DNA from: Azolla caroliniana | Lineage: Eukaryota; Plantae; Polypodiophyta | Direction: 5' to 3' | Assembly (NCBI GenBank): GCA_043228905.1 | Contig: JBHGNT010000003.1 | Location: 5,580,001 to 5,644,000, forward strand | Length of the DNA stretch: 64,000 nt | Part shown: piece after piece, positions 51,201 through 61,993 of the stretch | Layout: each line of letters begins with the position of its first letter | Numbering within the stretch: position 1 is the first letter of the stretch | The notes under the pieces: generated by a model | What the model saw: the letters and a program-made list of their open reading frames with translations, nothing else | What the model was told of the DNA's origin: nothing | Databases searched by the model: none | Program-made: the position numbers and the translations under genes

Positions 51201-53522
51201 TCTCGCGTGAAGTTCTTTGAAGACGGACAATACTTGGTCCTTTGTCTTCAACGGTGCCGTCCACAGCTTCCGGCTGTGGTCATCAATGAATGTCACGAAG
51301 TACTGGGCTCCGCCATGTGACTTCGTTTCTACTTGACACACGTCAGTGTGCACCAACTCCAATGGTGCACAACGTCTCGTCGGTGGCCTTGAGTGGAAGG
51401 AGGTCCGGTTTTGCTTACCGGCCAGACAGTCGGTGCACTTCTCCAGATGCACATGCTTCACTGGGATAAGGTTGTCTTCTGCAAGCCTCTTCATCCCCTT
51501 CTCACTCATGTGGCACAGTCTCTTGTGCCACAGCTCACCGGCAGTGTCAGCTGCCACGTTCACCTCCTCCGGACATAGCCGGGAATTCATCAGGTACAGA
51601 GTGTTGACTTTCCGGGCCCGAGCCACTATCAGGCTCCCTTTGCTGAACTTCATGACACCGTTCCGGATGCTACCCGTGTAGCCTTCATCGTCTAGCCTCC
51701 CGGCCGAAATCAGGTTCAATCGAACCTCCGGAACGTGTCGAACATCCTTCAGCAGCATCTTGCATCCGGTTGATGTCATCAGCCACACGTCTCCTATGCC
51801 GGCAATCCGGCATGTACCTTCATTTCCCATCCGGACACAGCCGTGCTCACCGGCTGTGTAGGATGAGAAGTATTTCTTCTCCGGGGTCAGGTGGAACGAC
51901 GCTCCGGAATCGACCACCCAGGTCATCTCTTCACCGGCAAGGTTCAGCTCCCTCTCTTCGGTAATGGGCATTATCTCTTCTTCACTTGCCGCGAGTGCCG
52001 TCGTTCCTTTCCGGTCCTGCCCTCGCCGATCCGGACCTCTCCGGTCCGTGGATCCCCGGTATGCACCGTTTCTCTCCGGTGACTTCTTCGAATCGGTGTC
52101 GTCGGCTCCGTTGTCCTTTCGGTAATGCCGACAATTCTTCCGGAAGTGCCCCGGCTTCCCACAGTGGAAGCATGTGGGTCTTCCTCTTGACTGCGACCGG
52201 GTCCCCGACTTCTCCCGTCTTTGCGGACTCCGGTTCCATTGTCTTCCCCGTTCCGATTCGGTAAGCAGCGCCTTCGAGTCGGAGGCCGGTTCTTTATCTC
52301 TCCGACGCGCTTCTTCGTTCAAAATACTTGTCTTTACCGTTTGTAGGGACAAGTTATCTTCCGTGCAGGAGGTGCTGAGAGGCACCACCAAGTTCTCCCA
52401 GCTTTCCGGCAATGTACACATCAGAATGATGGCTTGCATTGCATCCTCTAGCGGGAACTTGATCGCCGCAAGCTGGTTCACGAGTCCCATGAACGTGCTT
52501 ACGTGTTCCACCATACTCTCGCCGTCCCGGTACTTGAGGTTCACTATCTTCCTCATCAGGGAGGTCCGGTTCAACGCATTCTTCCTCTCGTAGAGGCCCG
52601 ACAGCTTCCGCCACATCTCATATGCGTTGGTGTCGTTCGCCACATGTTGTAGAACGCTCACGTCGACGTATTGCCAAATGGTTGCAACGGCTTTCTGGTT
52701 CAGAAGCCTCCATTCCGTCTCAAGTACCCCCTTCGGTATTTCCGACCTGTCAATCGGTTCATACAGGTCCCGAACAATCAGAAGATCCTCCATCTTGATC
52801 TTCCAGTCGGCGTAATTCTGCGCATTCAGCACCATCATCCCCGGCTGCCCGCTGCCGCCGCCTTCCATTTTCTGCAGCACCTCGCTCTGATACCACTTTG
52901 TTGAGAATCAACGCTCCGATTCGGCTTCACCACTCGGCCACAACCGAGAAATCACGAATCAATACAACAGAAAATAGGAAACACAGAGAAAGACACGATA
53001 ACACAGGTATTAACGTGGAAAACCCTATACGGGAAAAACCACGGGAGTGCAAGACTCCAAACCAAAACTATGCACAGAGAAATATACAATGGCGAGCTGC
53101 AAGGCGACGACCTTGAGCTCGCTGTCCTCGCCACAGGCGGCGGTATTACACAGAGGCGTCGACCTCTTCCTCTCTCACGCTCTATCTCTCTCACAGCTGC
53201 TCTCTCTTCACTCCTCTTGAGTGGAAAAACAGAAAAATGAGTAGCAACAGTTTTAGACTGCTTGCCCTAAGTCATATTTATACACATATGACTTTCGGGC
53301 TATTTACATATATAGCCACAAGGGCCCTTGGCAAACATATTCACAAATATGTCCCCGAATCCGGATCTCTCTCCGGGTATCTTCATCATCCGGTTCCGTA
53401 ACCGGGGTCTTCATCATCCGGTTCCGTAACCGGGGTCTTCATCATCCGGTTCCGTAACCGGGTCTTCATTCCCGATTCCCGGACATCTGTCTATCCCATC
53501 CGGAGGGACCGTAATCCCAACA
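48216..53522 (-). mobile_element. Intact young Ty1/copia (Tnt1/Tto1-like) LTR retrotransposon W
   Basis: LTRs 48216-48811 and 52899-53522 (TG...CA); TSD ACTTC at 48211-48215 and 53523-53527; PBS TGGTATCAGAGC (minus, 52884-52895); PPT AGGGGGAGTT directly after the stop. Confidence 0.97.
48822..52868 (-). CDS. Gag-Pol polyprotein of element W
   Basis: Uninterrupted ORF from the first ATG at 52868: zinc knuckle CFHCGKPGHFRKNC, PR VVDSGAS, IN (HTDVC, ADNGGEY, AERMNR), RT LYVDD, RNase H (FTDSD, EAEY, YCDSQSA, SDMLTK). Confidence 0.95.
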   Translation of the reverse strand: MEGGGSGQPGMMVLNAQNYADWKIKMEDLLIVRDLYEPIDRSEIPKGVLETEWRLLNQKAVATIWQYVDVSVLQHVANDTNAYEMWRKLSGLYERKNALNRTSLMRKIVNLKYRDGESMVEHVSTFMGLVNQLAAIKFPLEDAMQAIILMCTLPESWENLVVPLSTSCTEDNLSLQTVKTSILNEEARRRDKEPASDSKALLTESERGRQWNRSPQRREKSGTRSQSRGRPTCFHCGKPGHFRKNCRHYRKDNGADDTDSKKSPERNGAYRGSTDRRGPDRRGQDRKGTTALAASEEEIMPITEERELNLAGEEMTWVVDSGASFHLTPEKKYFSSYTAGEHGCVRMGNEGTCRIAGIGDVWLMTSTGCKMLLKDVRHVPEVRLNLISAGRLDDEGYTGSIRNGVMKFSKGSLIVARARKVNTLYLMNSRLCPEEVNVAADTAGELWHKRLCHMSEKGMKRLAEDNLIPVKHVHLEKCTDCLAGKQNRTSFHSRPPTRRCAPLELVHTDVCQVETKSHGGAQYFVTFIDDHSRKLWTAPLKTKDQVLSVFKELHARVERESGKKLKAIRADNGGEYRGQFEEYCRSMGIRLEFTVPKTPELNGLAERMNRTIMERVRSMLAHAKLPKGFWVEAMSTATYVINRSPSVPLDGDTPQRVWTGKEVSYRHLKVFGCLAYVHVAKDRRGKLDPKTQPCIFLGYGDDEFGYRVWDPVDKKIFRSRDIIFMEDKTLADWESEKKMKSSKSTGEDKLYEEQSRPARDRLTLEDPAEEDENDTGTGPDPEMDSDEEESEEPVTEAPERRYPLRKRRAPRRFPEPEHVLLTDEGEPESFEEAKHDTRSRRWLSAMQEEMDSLHENHTYELVELPKGKRALRNKWVFKLKPGDAENPLRFKARIVVKGFQQKKGVDFDEIFAPVVKMTSIRMVLSIAASMDLEVEQMDVKTAFLHGDLEEEIYMQQPEGFEKKGKEHLVCRLKKSLYGLKQAPRQWYRKFDSFMTDEGYHKTQSDHCVFVKKFEGGDFLILLLYVDDMLIVGRDQVKIRMLKKALHGTFSMKDLGPARQILGMHIIRDRKKKQLWLSQEKYVTKVLHRFNMSEARPVGSTLPANCKLSSKQSPKTKAEKEDMMKVPYASAVGSLMYAMVCTRLDIGYAVGVVSRYMSNPGKEHWNAVKWILRYLKGTSNMCLRFGSGKPELDGFTDSDMSADADTSRSTSGYVMTYAEGAVSWQSRLQKTVALSTTEAEYMAAVEAGKEIIWMKDFIRELGIRQEEYRLYCDSQSAIHLAKNAAYHSRTKHIQRRYHWIRERIEDLEFVLTKIHTDENGSDMLTKVLTPDKLEACRKRVGLERHPMPK

Positions 53523-54916
53523 ACTTCCTCATGTACGCGATGGTCGCGACACGGCATGATATTTCTCACGCCGTAGGAGTCGTCAGCAAATTCATGCACA
53601 ACCCTGGCCGATCACACTGGAACGTAGTCAAGCATGTGTTCAGATATCTAGCTGTCACAAAAGACCACGACATTCTTTTCGGCCCGAACTCAACCTCAGG
53701 CATAGTCGGTTACACCGACTCGAACTTTGCCGACTGTGTGGACAGTCAGAAATCAACAACCGGATACTATTTCAAATTCGGCAATGGAGCAATCTCGTGG
53801 AAGTCAAAAATTGAAGAGTGCACAACAACCTCAACGACCAAAGCGGAATATGTAGCTGCGTTGGATGCGGCAAAAGAAGCTTTATGGCTCGATCGGCTGG
53901 CGCACACGTTTTGACAGGTCGACTCCGACTCGGCTCCAGTTGTCTACAACGATAGTCAGGGTGTGGTTGCCTTGTCAAAAAATCCGGTTCACCACAACGC
54001 CTCTAAGCATATCGACGTTCGATATCACTTCGTTTGGGACTGCGTCATCTCAGGGAAAATCGGTCTCGAGAAGATATCCACAATCGATAATGTCACAAAT
54101 GGAATGACCAAGTGTCTTTCGGCGAATCGTTTCCGGTCCCTTCGGCACCAGATGGGCGTAATGAAAAATCAGTCTGATTAAAGTCGGACACAACACAAGA
54201 TGGTTTCGGACCACCGACATCGGTTCTCTGAGGATCGCCTTCAACTCTTCCGACTCGACCGGTTCGGTCCTCTATCTTTGAATCTTGCCGACTCTGACAA
54301 AACCGATCTGTCTGATAAACCATGTACATATACCTGTAATTCTTTAGATAACCCATGTATACGCCCATTACGGGGGAGTGTCGAATACGAGTGTATAATG
54401 GCCGTATTCACACTGTCCCTTTGGACAGCCCAAGTTCGGGCTATTTCTGTAAATAGCATAAAGGGTAGTTGCCCTAGGATAGTCACTATATAAAGTGACT
54501 TTATAACCTTTAGTAAAGGTTGGTTGTCATTTGTAACTGTTGCTATCGGAATATATAGTTTACATTGCTTTCTCCAAAGCCAAAGGGGAAGTTGTTGTCT
54601 TTGGTGACATGACTACTCGTAAATAAATTTTGCAACTTGATGCACAACAACCTTTCACGCCACAAATCTCAAGGATTTAAAAGGATTCAAGAGGATATAC
54701 AAATGTGTAGTCACTCTACTACGGATGAAAAGTTCATATCAATTTGAGAAGTTACTTCTATAAATGTGCAACAATATCAAAATGCTTATTGTAAATAGTA
54801 TATCCTTATGGCCTAAAATTAATAGTTGTTTGGCACACATATCATGTTCCTCACATAATTATCACCAAGTTTTGGCAGAAAATATGGAAACAACATCACA
54901 TGAGGTGAATTACCAT

Positions 54917-56146
54917 GTTATTGCGGAAATCTGTGTGTGTGCGTCGAAACGGAGTAGGACCACCAGGGTCACAAACCAAGGAGCCAGCCGAAGTAGGATG
55001 CTCGTTAGGAGGTCTTCGATAGATTGGTTGCCTGCTACGTATCCGATCCGGATCGTTCCCGGGTGCCGGACAACGAATGCAAGGGAATGGGAATGTGTAA
55101 TGTTTCGGTCATGTCGTAGACAATAAACAATGAGAACGCATGCTCGTGACTCGGGGAAACACGAGCAACAAGTAGGAATAAGCAGAAGCAGTCTTGACAC
55201 GAAGAATGCAAAGGCACAACAAAGGGGAAATGGATTATATGAGAAGTAAGTACAACTGGACTCATCCGGTGACAGAGTTGCACGCTCCGAGGACACACAC
55301 ACACACACATAGAGAAGGTGACCCTCAGATCGGGAGCGCACGGGCTTCCAGAGCGAGCAGAGGCGTCACCAAATCAACACACAACAGCAAGAGAGAGAGA
55401 GAGAGAGAGTCGTTGTTACAAGTGACTACTAATCTTTTGTATCGTTGCTCTATTGTGTCTATTGGATGGTTATCATCTTTAAAGGCTAAAGAAGAATGGA
55501 GATTACACAAATCCGATCATGGGTGGTGGCAAATCTTACAACGTAGTTGGCATTCTAAATTGCCACTTATGGCAAAGGTCTTCCTTTGGAGAGTTTTGAT
55601 TAGAGGATTGCCTTTCGGATTAGCTCTAAAGCGTCGTGGACTAGCAATCAGTAATTGCTTTTTTTGCACTGTTCAAATGGAAGATAGTACTCATCGATTT
55701 ATACAATGCCCGATTGCTTCTCAGATTTGGAGTTACATTTCTCAAATTTGGCAAGTTTTATCACGGTGTTATTTGACACCTAGACAATGGGTGTTTGCAC
55801 AATTTACACAGGAGGACCCAAAGTCAGAGATGGAGATTGTTTTTCTATTTTTGAGATATTGGGGATTGCGTCATAATTGGAATATGTGCAACGCTTTTGT
55901 ATTCGATGGTAGACATGAAGTGAAAGCATATCTACGAAAGTTGAAGGGAGTACTAATGTGCCAATTTTCTTTATTGGAGCAAGTGGAAATCCTTTCCTCG
56001 GTGGAATGTTCATCTTGCCTATTGGCAATTCAACATCTTCCATTACCCATGTAGTGTAGTGTAGTTAGTGGGTGACCATACTTCATGGTCACACCCATTG
56101 TAAGTAGTGTTTTTTACACACATTTATTAATATAATTGTGTGTTTT

Positions 56147-56185
<39 letters not shown>

Positions 56186-56500
56186 CTCTAACCGACAACG
56201 CCTTCTCCTCCCCAAAACAGTCCCCAAACCTCCCCTTTTATAGGACAAGGGGAGACCGTTACATCACAATTAAAGGTGGCCGCTGTTGTCAGGGATTTCC
56301 CCGGATTTCCTCATACTAAAATAATCTTTCTACATGTGGGGACATAGAGTACCCCTTTAATTAGCCTACTTAGTACATAAGTATTTAACATCTATTTACA
56401 ATTTAGCCCTTCGGCCCTTGTTTTTGTGCCTATTTGCACACCCCTGTTCCCATGCTTGGCCCGATCGGCCCTCCATCTTGTGTCGAAAACCTCATTCACA
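54917..56500 (-). mobile_element. Solo-LTR-like relative of the 9793-11515 LTR, interrupted by a LINE fragment (boundaries approximate)
   Basis: GCGGAAATCTG...GGACCACCAGGGTCA (54922-54971) resembles 9797-9845. CCTCCCCTTTTATAGGACAAGG (56229-56250) resembles 11300-11320. Confidence 0.55.
55420..56148 (+). mobile_element. 5'-truncated LINE (zf-RVT domain and 3' end)
   Basis: W..KLPLMAKVFLWR..IRGLP....LKRRG....CFFC...EDSTHRFIQCP.ASQIW, the plant LINE zinc-binding zf-RVT motif. Flanked by (GA)n on both sides. Confidence 0.8.
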
Positions 56501-56560
56501 CGCTCTCGACCCCTTTTTCTCTGTCTTGTTGGGAATCTTCACAACAACGTTCCAATGACT

Positions 56561-56947
56561 ATTAATACATATGGCACGACCGGTTGGAGCATGGCCGTGT
56601 GGGATTCTTAGCTCTCCTAATTGTGTAGCTTGCCCACATGCAACAGAATCAATCTGACATGCTCTGTGGGAATGCCCAAATACCCATTGAATATGGGGGG
56701 GGGAGGGGGGGTTGGCCACCTATTGCAATTATGCCAAGTGCAAGGCACAATCAATGTATTAATACATATGGCACTACTGGTTGTAGCATGGCCGCGTGGG
56801 AATCTTAGCTCTCCTAATTGTGTAGCCTACCCACATGCAATAGAATCAATCTAACATGCTCTGTGGGAATGCCCAAATACCCATTGAATATGGGGGGGAG
56901 GGGGTTGGCCGCCTATTGCAATTATGCCAAGTGCAAGGCACAATCAA
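56561..56947. repeat. Tandem duplication, ~197-bp unit x2
   Basis: ATTAATACATATGGCAC...AAGTGCAAGGCACAATCAA at 56561-56754 and 56758-56947. Confidence 0.9.
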
Positions 56948-57231
56948 GTGGGGAAATGTATGTTGGTTATCATAGGAGGCCCTAGTTGATAGGTACAGGC
57001 ATCAAGAGGAGGGGATGACTTTAGTGATAAAAGCACAAGATGTTTTTTTTTCTACCATCGACAATATCCACTCAACTCCTATTACTACCAAATCTCAAGT
57101 TGTGTAGGAATTGGTCAAACCCAATAAGTCTTTAGACTCTATGGAAACAACGATGTAGACGGGTCTTCTCCAACCAATAGTGCATCCAATAATGTTAATG
57201 CAAGTGATATTGTCATGATATAGCATGGTAT

Positions 57232-57299
57232 GGCTTCAAAAGGATTTGAACCCATGACCTTGTGGCACATGGGTGAAAGCCTTACTATTAAGTTATTCC
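57232..57299 (-). mobile_element. Degenerate tRNA-derived SINE head
   Basis: Minus strand reads TAACTTAATAGTAAGG...GGGTTCAAATCC, i.e. decayed A and B boxes. Confidence 0.35.
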
Positions 57300-57734
57300 T
57301 TGTAATACATAAAATATTATTTCTATTAATTCACTTAAGAAATCCATGTATATTCTAGATTTCTCTGGATAAGCCACTATAAAAAGAGGCACATGGCATT
57401 ATTGAGAACCAAATCGATTCAACGCCAATTTTAAGCCTCCTAGTTATCCTTGTATATTCTTTTCACATAATATATCTTTTGTTATTAGCATTCTCTCTCT
57501 CCCAAACTCTCCCTCTCTTTCTTTCTTTCTCTTTGAAAAGTCAGTATTCTGATAGACATTGATTACTCAAACTATGATGTTATTAGTTTTGTAAGTTGTT
57601 TTGCAGACCCCATTTATAATTACCTAGGCATCTCTATCCATGGAAGGTAAAACTAAAAATGAAAAGATTGTTTCGAAGTACATGGCAGATGCCAAATTAA
57701 AAGTCCCTCTTTGTACACATGTCCACTGATGTTT

Positions 57735-58802
57735 TCATCTCCCGACCGGTTTTGCTGGATCCAGATTTGTCCGAATCGGCGTGCTTCTTCCGGCACTCGC
57801 TTTCTCTGTGGCCCTTTTTGCCACAGTACCAACATTCCGTGGCGGATTTGTCTTGTCGGCCTCCGGCACCACCTTGACTCTCCCTGCTTGTGGAAGTCTC
57901 AGAACTGCTGTCGGCACAGTCTCTGTGCCATCAGTCTTGCCCTTGCCGACCACCTCCATTGCGTGCCAACCCGCCTCGTCCACCACGCCCACGGGGCCGA
58001 TCCACCTCCGTGTACATCATCCGGTTGTCGGTGGGTGCACTTGTTGATGCACCGGAGTGGTTCTCCTCTACAAGGAGCATCGACTGTAAGTCGAAAAATG
58101 ACGGCGTATTCTCCCTCGTACATACTACTGCCCGGAAAGCTCAGAACTTAGACGCCAGGCCCCCAAGATAGACCTGTACCATCTCCTCTTCCTCTACAGT
58201 GACGTTGATAGAGGCAAGCGAGTCACAGATCTCTTTGATTCGGGTCGTATAATCAGCCACCGACATGTTCTTCTGTCGGACATTGCTCAACTCCTGTTGG
58301 AGTAGCAGCTTCCAGGTTGTGGTGCTTGCGGCGAACACCTTCTTCAGGTTTCCCCAAGCCTCTTTCGGCGTCCCGGCATCTCGGACGTGGCATAGCAGCT
58401 GGTCTCCGACACTGGACGCAAAGCAGTACATCACTCTACTTGCCGATTGTTCCCACACCGGGAAGTCCTTGTGTGCCGCATCAGGTGTTGTGTCGTTAGC
58501 TCTATCGACATAGCTCCAGTAACCATGCCCAAGCAGGTACTGGTGCATCTTGTATGACCAAGATACATAGTTGGATCTGTCGAGCTTCTCCACCGGAAGC
58601 GAGCTAGCCATTCCTCTATCCATTGTTTTTTTTTTCTATTCTTTACAAAGGTTAGGTTTTCTTCTTGCGAAAGTGAATGTCGGCTGCAGAGGTTCTCAAC
58701 GCTCGCGCTCTGATACCATGTAAAAACAAATAGCGTGCGGAAGCAATAAAAACAGAAAATAGACAATAGGTTTAATGGAGAGATTAACAGTAGATGGGAG
58801 AG

Positions 58803-58837
<35 letters not shown>

Positions 58838-59140
58838 AAGAGTCTCTATTCAAAAATTATATCAACGCTCTATACATCGTATGTGTCCAGAACACTTTTA
58901 TATAGGTCCATACGGACTGACAGAAGTACGGTGTACTTCAATGCTCACTCGAGCGTCTGACACTAACTATCATAGTAATAACTCCCTAGTAGTCTAGCTG
59001 CAACTAGGCTTCCAGTTACTGATGGATCCGGCTTACCGGCTCCTTTGCTCACCGGGTGCTCACCGGCTCAATGATCCGTCTCGCTCACCGGCTCATGCTT
59101 ATCCAGCCGATCCGGCTCCAATTGAGCTTGCCGCTCAACA
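57735..59140 (-). mobile_element. Ty1/copia element X, 5' part (5' LTR, PBS, gag)
   Basis: LTR 58719-59140 (TG...CA); PBS TGGTATCAGAGC at 58707-58718; gag MASSLPVEKLDRSNYVSWSYKM. By comparison with Z, it continues at 40581 with only ~60 bp missing. Confidence 0.88.
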
Positions 59141-60984
59141 ATTATGATCAAGGTGTTAATAATACCCTTTTGCACAAACGCTAAGGTACTTAGCGTCTTT
59201 TCTTTAGTATTATTTTGGGCCCGAACCAACACATCTATCACATAGTTTGATTTTTCTTGGATTAACATGATGATTATCTCACTCTTTCAAAAAAGTATAG
59301 ATACGAAATCCTTGCCCAAAGTGACATTAGTTTTGTCATACGCATATTGGAAATCATTCTTAAATAACACTTGAATCCTCGGAAACAGTCCTGCTATAAG
59401 AAATGTGTGGCTTTTGTTCTCACACTCTAGTCTTCTACCCATATACACTTAAAGTATCCTTATCATCATCTATTGGAGTCAATAGGGGTTGTTCCGCAAC
59501 CTCATCCTTGGACAATATGGTTGGGATAAAGAGCAACTCTATAGTGGTATTCGGGGCTCCGGGGACTTTGTAGCATAAGTGCATGGCTTCCATCAAGTCT
59601 ACCAATATTGAGCCCTTCACTTGAGATCTTGTTATGGATTCAAACTTCTGCTCTACGAAATTTGGAGGGATGCATTCTCCTACAGCTTTGACAGAATCCT
59701 TCTTTCTCGCATCCACTTCAAAAGGAGGGTCGACAATGTCAATCACCGATCAATGGAAGCTGAGAGAGAGCTTGAGACAAACTCCATTTGGTCTGATTGC
59801 GTGAATACCACAATCACTTTGAGGGCAATGTTGGATTGACGGCTTTTGGAGGCCAGGAACTTGAGCCAGTACCTGAAGCTTGCTTCGAAGTCTGGCTGAG
59901 TTTTTCCTTTCTCCTCTGTGGCTACTTTCGCTATCCATGGGACACCAAACGAACATGAACATGGATGGAACATGATAAGAGCTTGTTGCTATGTCAGGAA
60001 CATGCAATCGTGGAATGCGTGGAACTCTTGTTGGCCTGCCATATCCCACAAATGACACTCGGATTCCATCCTTTTTTATGGTCTGCACCTCGATTCCTTG
60101 TGTACGATCTTATGTTAACAGAGCTCGCAGCTTCTCTGTATTGCAACCATAGATGGAACACATGGTGGATACAAGGGTAGTCTTTCCTGCACAAATTCAA
60201 ATGCACTGCAGAGTGTTATTGTTAAACTTCATCAATCTAGGCTGTCTATTTTTTAAATTTTTGAAGGGGTGTTCTGTTTTTTACCTGCGAATGGATCCCC
60301 ACAGATGAACGATCGCATGGAAGTCGCCGGGACTCTCTTCAGATCTGATCCCAACAAGAAATTTCGCTGGTTCCTCCATAGCTGGGCCTTGACAGCAGAG
60401 TCCGGAGAGGGGTAATATTCGAAGAATGGAAGGCCGGCGCGAGAAAGAGCATCCACCACCGCACCAATAGTAGCTTCGCTGAATTCGACTGAAAGGAGGA
60501 ACCCTAACTTAAGGCTGTATAGTGTAAGAGGTGCAGCAGGAGGTCTGGCATCTGCCCCCACCTCCTTCTTTGCGGGTGCAAGGTGCTCCATGAATTCCTT
60601 CAGGTCCATCTCTCCATTATCAGAGCTCTCTAAAGAAAGCTCTTTGAGCTCCGGCCAGTGGCGCAGGAAATCGGTGCACCTTCTCCAGTCCATGCCTTTC
60701 GAATAGATATGCAGTCTCTGGAGAGAGGCAGCGAAGGGTGAATCTGAAGGATGAAGGCCCGCTAATTTCGCAGCAAACTCTGGGGAAATCTCCACAGACT
60801 GAAGATGGAGGCTAATGAGAAAGTGGCCTAACACCTCTATGAACTCATCGCTAATCTCCATGAAATGCATGGAAAGATGCTGGAGGCCCTTGCTATTTTT
60901 GAGGCCACTCAGAAGACCATGAGCATCAATGGATCCATCTCCTCCATGGATGAGTAGGCTCTGAGGTGTGGCATCCCGATCGGC

Positions 60985-61029
<45 letters not shown>

Positions 61030-61441
61030 CGATCCAAGCTCTGTTTTCTTCTCCGGCGAGATTCTTGAGGTCCAGGAGATGGACGGCCCGGCGGGTGAGA
61101 TTGGCGGCGGCCGTGAGGATGGCCATCCGTTGTTGTTGTTGTTCTGCAATATCTCCTAAATCCAGTATCATGTCTCTGCTGCCCCATTCCCAAGCTTGTC
61201 CTCCCCTGACGTTTGAATCAGCATAATATGACCAATATGCTATTCTGTCATTGTCTTAGATGAGGAAGAGGTTCTCAACATTGGCGAGATAATTTAAGAG
61301 ATTATGAGAGGTTGAGGTTGAGATTGAAGAGAGGCTGAGTAGAGCTGCTCTCGTTTTCTCGACCTCATCTCTGATCTCATTGGAGTCTCACTCCTAATGG
61401 ATGAATTGGTGTGGGGGTGGGAGGAGGTGAGGCTTCTCCAT
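59141..61441 (-). pseudogene. 5' part of Roco copy F (N-domain, LRR, Roc, partial COR)
   Basis: ATG at 61441 (MEKPHLLPPPHQFIH*). VENLFLI, WEWGSRDMILDLG, LRR to LWRNQRN, GDPFAG|gt canonical donor, WDMAGQ, VFTQSD, SNYVIDVLV. Stops, a (CT)n frameshift and an internal deletion. Cut by the LTR at 59140. Confidence 0.88.
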
Positions 61442-61956
61442 AAGATTGAATGAATGAAAGAAATGAAAGATCGTATTAAAGTGAAAGATGAATTATGCAT
61501 ACTTTATATCTCATATGTATATGAAAGTGCGGTTCTAATACCAAAAGTCATATGATGAATTAAATGGGTTTTAGCCAAAGTTTACATTAACATAATCTTC
61601 AATCAAACTAAGTTTAGCTACAACCATAACATTTATTAAAACTCTCTCTCTCGCTCTTATTTGGTTGGGCCCCATTTAGTTGAAACAAGGTTCCTCATCC
61701 ATTTATGGACTTAACAATAGAAATGTAAAACGCAAAAGGCTAGTTTTATATTTGTAAAATTAAGCCCAATATTAAAATCTAGATAATTGTGTAATTAGGC
61801 TCATTATACATATGCGTATTAGTTAAGGAGGATTAAGCGTCATTTTTCATGGGATTTTGACGTAGACCATTTCTCTCAGTAATGGTTTAGTGCTCAATTG
61901 ACTAATGACAAACTCAATTGAGCTTTGGGGCTTGACATCAAGCAAGTCATTGAGGG

Positions 61957-61993
<37 letters not shown>

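Larger units (their letters stand above)
40582..54563 (+). mobile_element. Ty1/copia element Y (degenerate), nested in X and itself interrupted by Z and W
   Basis: LTRs start TGTCGAATACGAGTGTATAA at 40582 and 54379 (PPT GGGGGAG at 54372-54378; 3' LTR truncated ~54563). Gag 41465-42010, IN 46160-47100, RT 47217-48215, RNase H 53528-54181. Confidence 0.88.

Noticed and set aside
48927-52904. Plus-strand and alternate-frame ORFs over element W
   Set aside because: Shadow ORFs of the GC-rich Gag-Pol.
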